The translations under genes were made by a program, and so were the position numbers. The notes under the pieces were generated by a model. It saw only the letters and a list, made by a program, of their open reading frames with translations, was not told where the DNA came from and made no database searches. A stretch of DNA of 64,000 bases, taken from the sequence record MZ561532, one strand, 5' to 3'. Positions within the stretch are counted from its first letter, which is position 1. Each line of letters opens with the position of its first letter. Source of the DNA: Shigella phage PSD9. Positions 58,618 through 64,000 of this stretch are shown in pieces.

Positions 58618-58828
58618 TATAAGTTTCCTTCCAGAAGTCGGTGCCTTCAGCAGTGATTTCACGGAACACCGCATAGATAGGGTTTTCATCACCTTGGTTT
58701 TCGTATACATAAACCGACGATAAATGAGAAAACGTATCAGAATGTTCCTTTTGAACCACGATTAAATCAGGGTTGAACAGAACATCTTCAAATTCTTCAC
58801 GAGTCGAGTTCACAGTAACTTTAGCCAT
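58610..58828 (-). CDS. hypothetical protein
   Basis: 72-aa ORF with GAGAGGAAAAT SD downstream of promoter 58859-58888. Confidence 0.4.
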   Translation of the reverse strand: MAKVTVNSTREEFEDVLFNPDLIVVQKEHSDTFSHLSSVYVYENQGDENPIYAVFREITAEGTDFWKETYNA

Positions 58829-58858
58829 TTTATTTTCCTCTCATTTGTTGATAGGGTA

Positions 58859-58888
58859 ATAGTATCACACTACTACCCTGTTGTATAC
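58859..58888 (-). promoter_or_regulatory. early promoter variant (GTATAC-N18-TACTAT)
   Basis: Conserved cassette; inverted repeat AGGGTA/TACCCT brackets the -10. Confidence 0.35.
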
Positions 58889-58900
58889 TGTTTTTAAACT

Positions 58901-59452
58901 TTATGCAAAATGAATATCAGCGTACTCAACAATAAAACTTTCAGGAACTACTTTAAAGGTGCCAAGGAACACGATGTTATACAGCTTACCACCTTCTTCA
59001 ACCCATTGGTCTGTGATGTAACCGGACATACTAGTGGTTTCATAAGTCGGACCGTACTTGCACTTGTATTCAAACGGTTTAGGTGAAACGAAAAAGACAC
59101 CTTTACCTAATTTCCATTTGAAATCAACACCAACATGAGATTGGTCAATAGTTTCAACGTCTTGAGCTACTACGCCACGGATATCATTGCTTTCACACAC
59201 ATACCCATCATGGGATTCAACTTCTTCAACTACAGGAGCGATGTATCCGGTAAATTCAGTCGATTCCAAGAATTTAGGATGCACATAGGCAAATTCGGTT
59301 TCGGTATGGCCATTTTTAGGAATGATACGCACTTTAACTTCTTTAATTCCACCTACTAAATTAGTACGAATACCTGCAACTTCAACAAAACGACCCGCGG
59401 CTTTTGAGCGAGATTCTTTGGATACACGAACAATTTCACCGATAGTAATCAT
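58901..59452 (-). CDS. hypothetical protein, paralog A
   Basis: 183 aa; C-terminal GYITDQWVEEGGKLYNIVFLGTFKVVPESFIV matches the neighbour's C-terminus. Confidence 0.45.
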   Translation of the reverse strand: MITIGEIVRVSKESRSKAAGRFVEVAGIRTNLVGGIKEVKVRIIPKNGHTETEFAYVHPKFLESTEFTGYIAPVVEEVESHDGYVCESNDIRGVVAQDVETIDQSHVGVDFKWKLGKGVFFVSPKPFEYKCKYGPTYETTSMSGYITDQWVEEGGKLYNIVFLGTFKVVPESFIVEYADIHFA

Positions 59453-59494
59453 AATTTTTCTCTCTTGGTTAAAGGTTTATTCTCCATGAGAGCC

Positions 59495-59523
59495 ATTATA
59501 ACATGGCCCTCGATAAAGTAAAC
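59495..59523 (-). promoter_or_regulatory. T4-type early promoter (GTTTAC-N17-TATAAT)
   Basis: Perfect consensus hexamers between the two paralogs. Confidence 0.5.
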
Positions 59524-59525
59524 TA

Positions 59526-60074
59526 TTAATTCAATACATTAACCACTGCACTACGAGGTACTACACTAAAATCACCAGCATGTACAACGTTCAACAGCTC
59601 AACCCCATCTTCAACCCATTGGTCTGTTACCCATCCACAGATAGGATTATCAAAAGGACGACGGATAGACACAGCACGAGTTAGAAGGTCGGTAGGGCCT
59701 TGTTCTTCAACTTCTTGGAACAGGATGAACTCTGCTTCATAAACCAGGGTTTGCTCAATTTTGTTATTGTCTAAACGACGGCCGTGGAGAATATAGGCTT
59801 TAGAGAACCACTCACTTTTGGCAAATTCTTCAACAATAAATTCGCCTTCGCCAAAAACATCAGTCAGGGTTTTATGGCCGGAAATCAAGGCCTTAGTTTT
59901 AATTTCAGGTTCAACCAGTTTGTAGGTTTTGCCGATTTCGATAGTCTGAGTAGTCATAGTAGGTTCCTTAATTTCCAGTGGTTTAACAGGGCATACATAA
60001 GTGCTTAAAACATCAAAATCAATCAGTTTAGCTGCAGGATTTGGTGTATATTCAGGGTTATAATTAAATTTCAT
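59526..60074 (-). CDS. hypothetical protein, paralog B
   Basis: 182 aa by ATGA-coupled start; paralog homology begins at internal MTTQTIEIG (codon 40, AAGGAA SD), so the start is uncertain. Confidence 0.4.
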   Translation of the reverse strand: MKFNYNPEYTPNPAAKLIDFDVLSTYVCPVKPLEIKEPTMTTQTIEIGKTYKLVEPEIKTKALISGHKTLTDVFGEGEFIVEEFAKSEWFSKAYILHGRRLDNNKIEQTLVYEAEFILFQEVEEQGPTDLLTRAVSIRRPFDNPICGWVTDQWVEDGVELLNVVHAGDFSVVPRSAVVNVLN

Positions 60075-60580
60075 AATTTTCTCATTTCAATAAAATCTAC
60101 GAGTTCGGCATAGGATTTGCGGAACATTAATTGTCGGCCACCGATGACAACCTCATCTTCTGGTATTTCGTAAACAGCAAGATAGAATCCTTTAGAAGAT
60201 AATTCTTCACGCTCTTCACGAGTGAACCAGCGCATCATATCATACTCGCTGGCAAAAGCAAAATGGTAAAGATTAACAAACCAACCTGGAATATAATCAT
60301 CACAGCCTTCATAATCAGGCTGGTCCCACTTAGTTCGAATGGTTTTATTAGAATTTTCCACCAACAACTTGTCTTGACCTGGTAGCGGAATATTTTTATT
60401 ATTGGTATGGTGGTGTCTAAAATTAGGTTTGTCGAAACCTACTTCTAATAACCAACCTTCGCTCCATTCATCAAACGAGCCTCTATACGGTGTTAATTGG
60501 CGGCACTGTTGGTGAGTGATTGCTATAACATCGCTGTTATCTAAGATACTGAACGATGACTCCACTCGATAAATTTTCAT
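60071..60580 (-). CDS. hypothetical protein
   Basis: Start set at internal ATG (MKIYRVE...) with GAGGAG SD, downstream of promoter 60608-60636. Confidence 0.4.
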   Translation of the reverse strand: MKIYRVESSFSILDNSDVIAITHQQCRQLTPYRGSFDEWSEGWLLEVGFDKPNFRHHHTNNKNIPLPGQDKLLVENSNKTIRTKWDQPDYEGCDDYIPGWFVNLYHFAFASEYDMMRWFTREEREELSSKGFYLAVYEIPEDEVVIGGRQLMFRKSYAELVDFIEMRKL

Positions 60581-60607
60581 TTTGTTCTCCTCATGTTGAT
60601 AGGGTAG

Positions 60608-60636
60608 ATAATAACATGTCATGAGGAGAAGTAAAC
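60608..60636 (-). promoter_or_regulatory. T4-type early promoter (GTTTAC-N17-TATTAT)
   Basis: Immediately downstream of dexA stop. Confidence 0.45.
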
Positions 60637-60640
60637 ACTT

Positions 60641-61315
60641 TTATCTATTTTTTATACTTAATGGGTCCGGATTCTCAGGGACATCTTCCAGGCCTAAGGC
60701 ATAACGTTGGGCATATTTCAGCATCAAGATATCCTTAGCACAGTCATGGATGGAGTCATGAGCAACAAAGCCATTCAATGTTCCGTTAGGCAGAGGACAC
60801 ATGCTCAATCCACGAGTTAGTGAATATGCTTCAATAGCTGTACGGATGTCACGTTGGTTCCAGAATTTAACCGGTTCTAATTTACTGGTATCGATTTCAT
60901 TCTCAGGAACCCCTTCAGAACGATAAGCATCACGAATAAGGTCGACTAAGATAGGAAAGTCAAAGGACATTCCACGACACCACATCTGGGATTTCCATTG
61001 GTCTACTTCGTTTTTACGGCAGTATTCCAGGAAATTACCGAGACCAATAGAAGTGGACACATCAATTTCAGATGGAGCCAGGTTTTTACGCGCTTCAGGC
61101 CCTTGCTCTTTCCACCACTGCAACGTGCTTTTAGAAAACAGTCGTTTATCACGTTGAGAAGCGAGGTCAAATTTAATACGAAGGCCTCGTTGAGTAAGCT
61201 CTTCAAACGTTTCTACAACCTCTGGATTAGGGTCGTAAGCAATTACGGCTAGGTCGATAACCGCTGCATTTTGAGTAGTGGCAAAGGTTTCAAAGTCAAT
61301 AATTATATCTTTCAT
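60641..61315 (-). CDS. dexA: exonuclease A (DnaQ-like 3'-5' exonuclease)
   Basis: 224 aa (T4 DexA 227 aa); N-terminal exo motif DFETFAT; upstream of dda as in T4. Confidence 0.75.
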   Translation of the reverse strand: MKDIIIDFETFATTQNAAVIDLAVIAYDPNPEVVETFEELTQRGLRIKFDLASQRDKRLFSKSTLQWWKEQGPEARKNLAPSEIDVSTSIGLGNFLEYCRKNEVDQWKSQMWCRGMSFDFPILVDLIRDAYRSEGVPENEIDTSKLEPVKFWNQRDIRTAIEAYSLTRGLSMCPLPNGTLNGFVAHDSIHDCAKDILMLKYAQRYALGLEDVPENPDPLSIKNR

Positions 61316-61551
61316 TTAACGTACCTCATAAGGTCTCGGATTTGACCGACGGTGTAGTCTTCAATATAAACTGAAGAGATATTGTCGTCCAATAGACGCT
61401 GTACAGCAATAAAATCACTCTCAATCTCTTTAAGAGAGTTCAGGACAGTATGGGCCTTTTGCCTAATGCTGATATTATTTTGGTTGACTTTAATAATATG
61501 TTCGGTTTCAAATTTCAACTTATAAAATTGGTCTTTAGTTACTTTAATCAT
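61312..61551 (-). CDS. hypothetical protein
   Basis: Start set at internal ATG (MIKVTKD...) with GAGGA SD, which avoids overlap with the dda 3' end. Confidence 0.4.
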   Translation of the reverse strand: MIKVTKDQFYKLKFETEHIIKVNQNNISIRQKAHTVLNSLKEIESDFIAVQRLLDDNISSVYIEDYTVGQIRDLMRYVK

Positions 61552-61558
61552 ATTTTCC

Positions 61559-62890
61559 TCAAACGTAGTAGGCGTCAGTACGAGCACGAGTAATACTAAC
61601 ATAAGCCAGCTGTGAAGCTAAATTCGCATCAGCCATATGCATGCATGGAGTATAGATGAAACTGTTTTGGACTGTAAGTCCTTGGGATTTATGAACAGTG
61701 CTCACAGGAAGAGCTCGAACCTTACTGAACATTCGCTTGGCTTTCCAGAAATCAGCCCACTTAGGTTTCTTACCACTACCACGCATGGCTTTGTATTCAG
61801 TAGCAACCTTAGCCAAGAAATAATGGAACTTCTCGACTGAAGCCTCGTCAATAACCTTTAAATGCTCTACGTAATACTCATCGTCTTCATCGATAGATTC
61901 TACTTGCAGGTCCCAGTAATTAATCATTTGTCGAGTGCCTACATCCTTGGCAGACAAGAACAATGAGGTGTGGTTCACATCCAGAATACGAACCATTTGT
62001 CCATTATTAAAAATGGTTTCAGAGAATTTCTTACCATCGTATTCAAGTTCCTTCATAAAAGGCTCTTGCATCACTAGGATTTCGCCCTTGATATAAGGTG
62101 CATCGGTTTCATAAAGCTTTTTACGAATAATGCTATTCAGCTTTTCAACCGATTTATTGGTATAAGCAAACATCCTATTCTCAAACAGGGCATCAGCATC
62201 TTTTACAATGGAAAAATAATTCATCATAAAATCTTTTAATGCTGTTTGGGATTTAAAACCATGGACACCATGTCCTTCGAATACACAATCTCTAAACCAC
62301 CCACCATTACGGATTTCAGTAGCCACCTCAATGATAGGAGCATTACTACGCATCACTTCAGTCAAATGTAATTGTTTGATTTTTGGATGTGTAAAGAATG
62401 GAGACAACTGAGGGCTACCATCACTTCCAGGTTCCACTGGCTGTAGCTGAGCTCTGTCGCCAATCCCTAATACAGTACACCATGGTGGCACGGAGGATTC
62501 AATAATCTTAAACAGCTTACCGTCAATCATCGAGCCTTCATCAACAACTAGCACATTACATTTACTCAAATCAGGAGCTTCGCGTTGTTCAAAGATGTCC
62601 TGGTCTTCGTATGTAGTAGGGTTAATTTTTAGAATTCTGTGGATTGTTGATGCTTCTTGACCTGCGAGTTTCGACAACACCTTTTTGGCCGCATGGGTGG
62701 GTGCAGTCAAAATAACTCCGAGTTCACCATTCTTGACTAGATGGTCAAGAATAAATTTGGTAAGGGTTGTTTTACCTGTACCGGCAGGACCGTTCAATGT
62801 AATCCATTCGCCCTTACGTCGTTTAATAGCTTCAATGATTTCTTTAAAAGCCGTCCTCTGGCCGATGTTCAAGTCTTCAAATGTAATCAT
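61559..62890 (-). CDS. dda: Dda DNA helicase (SF1B)
   Basis: 443 aa; Walker A GPAGTGKTT and close similarity to T4 Dda throughout. Confidence 0.85.
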   Translation of the reverse strand: MITFEDLNIGQRTAFKEIIEAIKRRKGEWITLNGPAGTGKTTLTKFILDHLVKNGELGVILTAPTHAAKKVLSKLAGQEASTIHRILKINPTTYEDQDIFEQREAPDLSKCNVLVVDEGSMIDGKLFKIIESSVPPWCTVLGIGDRAQLQPVEPGSDGSPQLSPFFTHPKIKQLHLTEVMRSNAPIIEVATEIRNGGWFRDCVFEGHGVHGFKSQTALKDFMMNYFSIVKDADALFENRMFAYTNKSVEKLNSIIRKKLYETDAPYIKGEILVMQEPFMKELEYDGKKFSETIFNNGQMVRILDVNHTSLFLSAKDVGTRQMINYWDLQVESIDEDDEYYVEHLKVIDEASVEKFHYFLAKVATEYKAMRGSGKKPKWADFWKAKRMFSKVRALPVSTVHKSQGLTVQNSFIYTPCMHMADANLASQLAYVSITRARTDAYYV

Positions 62891-63186
62891 GCCAATTTTA
62901 CTCGCTTAACATATAAAGTGTCTAAAACCAATTTAAGTTCTCGAGCCCGTTCTTCAGTAGGATATACGGTTTTTGTTTCCCTCTTATCAAACCACCATTT
63001 TCTAGGCGTGTACACTGTTTCAATGCGTCCCTTACTTAAATATTGTTTTGTAGTGTATGAATACCCAGCACATTCGAAATCAGCAGCGGCTTTTGTGGAA
63101 TATAAGGTCACCTTTCCTTCATATTCCAATGGAATTTCATACCCATCTTTGTCCTTGTGAACTAATACGTATGCATAGTACATCAC
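62887..63186 (-). CDS. hypothetical protein
   Basis: 99-aa ORF, ATGA-coupled to dda. Confidence 0.4.
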   Translation of the reverse strand: MMYYAYVLVHKDKDGYEIPLEYEGKVTLYSTKAAADFECAGYSYTTKQYLSKGRIETVYTPRKWWFDKRETKTVYPTEERARELKLVLDTLYVKRVKLA

Positions 63187-63187
63187 G

Positions 63188-63922
63188 TTAACCTCTAATC
63201 AGTGAAAAAATTGAAGCATTCAGTGGAAGACCTTTTTTCAACTTCATTTTGTCAATAAAAGAAAGGTGTTCTAAACGCTCCAGACCTTGAATAATTTTAT
63301 CATACATATCGTAACGCGTTTCTGCTTCAGACAATTTAAACTTGACACGCCAATCAGGCCCACCAATTAAAGATTTAAGACCCTTTTCCATAGTACCGAT
63401 TGAAGCGTTAGAACCATGGATACGGGCCTTAACCGCGATGACAGAAGGGGTGTTATCAGTGGCTCCTGATTTAATAAGGTCCTTAAGACGTTTTTCACGC
63501 TTTTTAAGACCTCTTTGGGTATCTTTAATATTTTTAACTATTTTACGAATTTTATAATAATTATCGGGAGTAACTTTAAAACTATTAGGCATTTTAGAAC
63601 CACCTGAAATACGGGTCGCCAAACGGGTCTGGGCCCGCTTCAATTCATCTAGAGACAAATCGGCACGTAAGCTATTGTACTTGACTTTAACTGGGATTAC
63701 ATTACCTTCGATATAACCAATATCATTGTTAAAACGTTCAAATGAAATCTTATCACTAACTGAATTCTCATCAAAGCGCTCGCCTGAATAAGCACACACT
63801 TTTTGTTCGAGAAGTCTACGAACATAATTACTAGACAGATTGAAGTCCTTACCACGTTTATAAGCAGAAGCTTTGGTATGTTTGCGGCGGTTGTAAACCT
63901 TTAATTCAAATTCAGGGGTCAT
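63188..63922 (-). CDS. hypothetical basic protein (T4 srd position)
   Basis: 244-aa lysine/arginine-rich ORF downstream of an early promoter; function not recognised. Confidence 0.4.
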   Translation of the reverse strand: MTPEFELKVYNRRKHTKASAYKRGKDFNLSSNYVRRLLEQKVCAYSGERFDENSVSDKISFERFNNDIGYIEGNVIPVKVKYNSLRADLSLDELKRAQTRLATRISGGSKMPNSFKVTPDNYYKIRKIVKNIKDTQRGLKKREKRLKDLIKSGATDNTPSVIAVKARIHGSNASIGTMEKGLKSLIGGPDWRVKFKLSEAETRYDMYDKIIQGLERLEHLSFIDKMKLKKGLPLNASIFSLIRG

Positions 63923-63962
63923 GATATTTTTCTCATCTTACGGACGATTAGCTGATAGGTCT

Positions 63963-63991
63963 ATAGTATCATGTTGCTCGGTAAAGTAAAC
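63963..63991 (-). promoter_or_regulatory. T4-type early promoter (GTTTAC-N17-TACTAT)
   Basis: Conserved cassette GTTTAC...TACTATAGACCTATCAGC at window end. Confidence 0.45.
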
Positions 63992-64000
63992 ACTTTTTTG

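Noticed and set aside
63188-63922. Possibility that the 244-aa basic protein is a homing endonuclease (HNH or GIY-YIG)
   Set aside because: No GIY-YIG or HNH catalytic motif could be found by eye; kept as hypothetical at the T4 srd position.

Overview
This window is a segment of a T4-like (Tevenvirinae) myovirus genome, essentially colinear with phage T4. All assignments rest on reading the six-frame translations and the raw sequence by eye against remembered T4 proteins and gene order; no search was run. Plus-strand late genes: baseplate 28(partial)/29/48/54 at 2-4095 and long tail fibre genes 34-38 plus holin t at 33815-44536. Minus-strand early/middle genes: three tandem Alt-like ADP-ribosyltransferases, DNA ligase, rIII, 31, cd, pseT, spanins, rnlA, denA, nrdB, nrdA, td, frd, 32, 59, 33, dsbA, rnh, then asiA, arn, motA, 52, stp, ndd, rIIB, rIIA, 39, dexA, dda. 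Several ORF-track starts were corrected to internal ATGs with Shine-Dalgarno sequences. Nine genes under 60 aa that the track omits are proposed, including an intact Stp peptide and a zinc-ribbon protein. About 20 copies of a conserved early promoter (GTTTAC-N17/18-TAnnAT), MotA-box middle promoters, TATAAATA late promoters and many tetraloop hairpins were read directly. No tRNA, CRISPR array, transposon or intron was seen. Nothing here is clearly an undescribed system; the best candidates for follow-up are the triplicated Alt effectors, the NADAR-like gene beside them, the unassigned ORFs between arn and motA, and the small unannotated genes. Coordinates of non-CDS features are approximate (about +/-2 nt).
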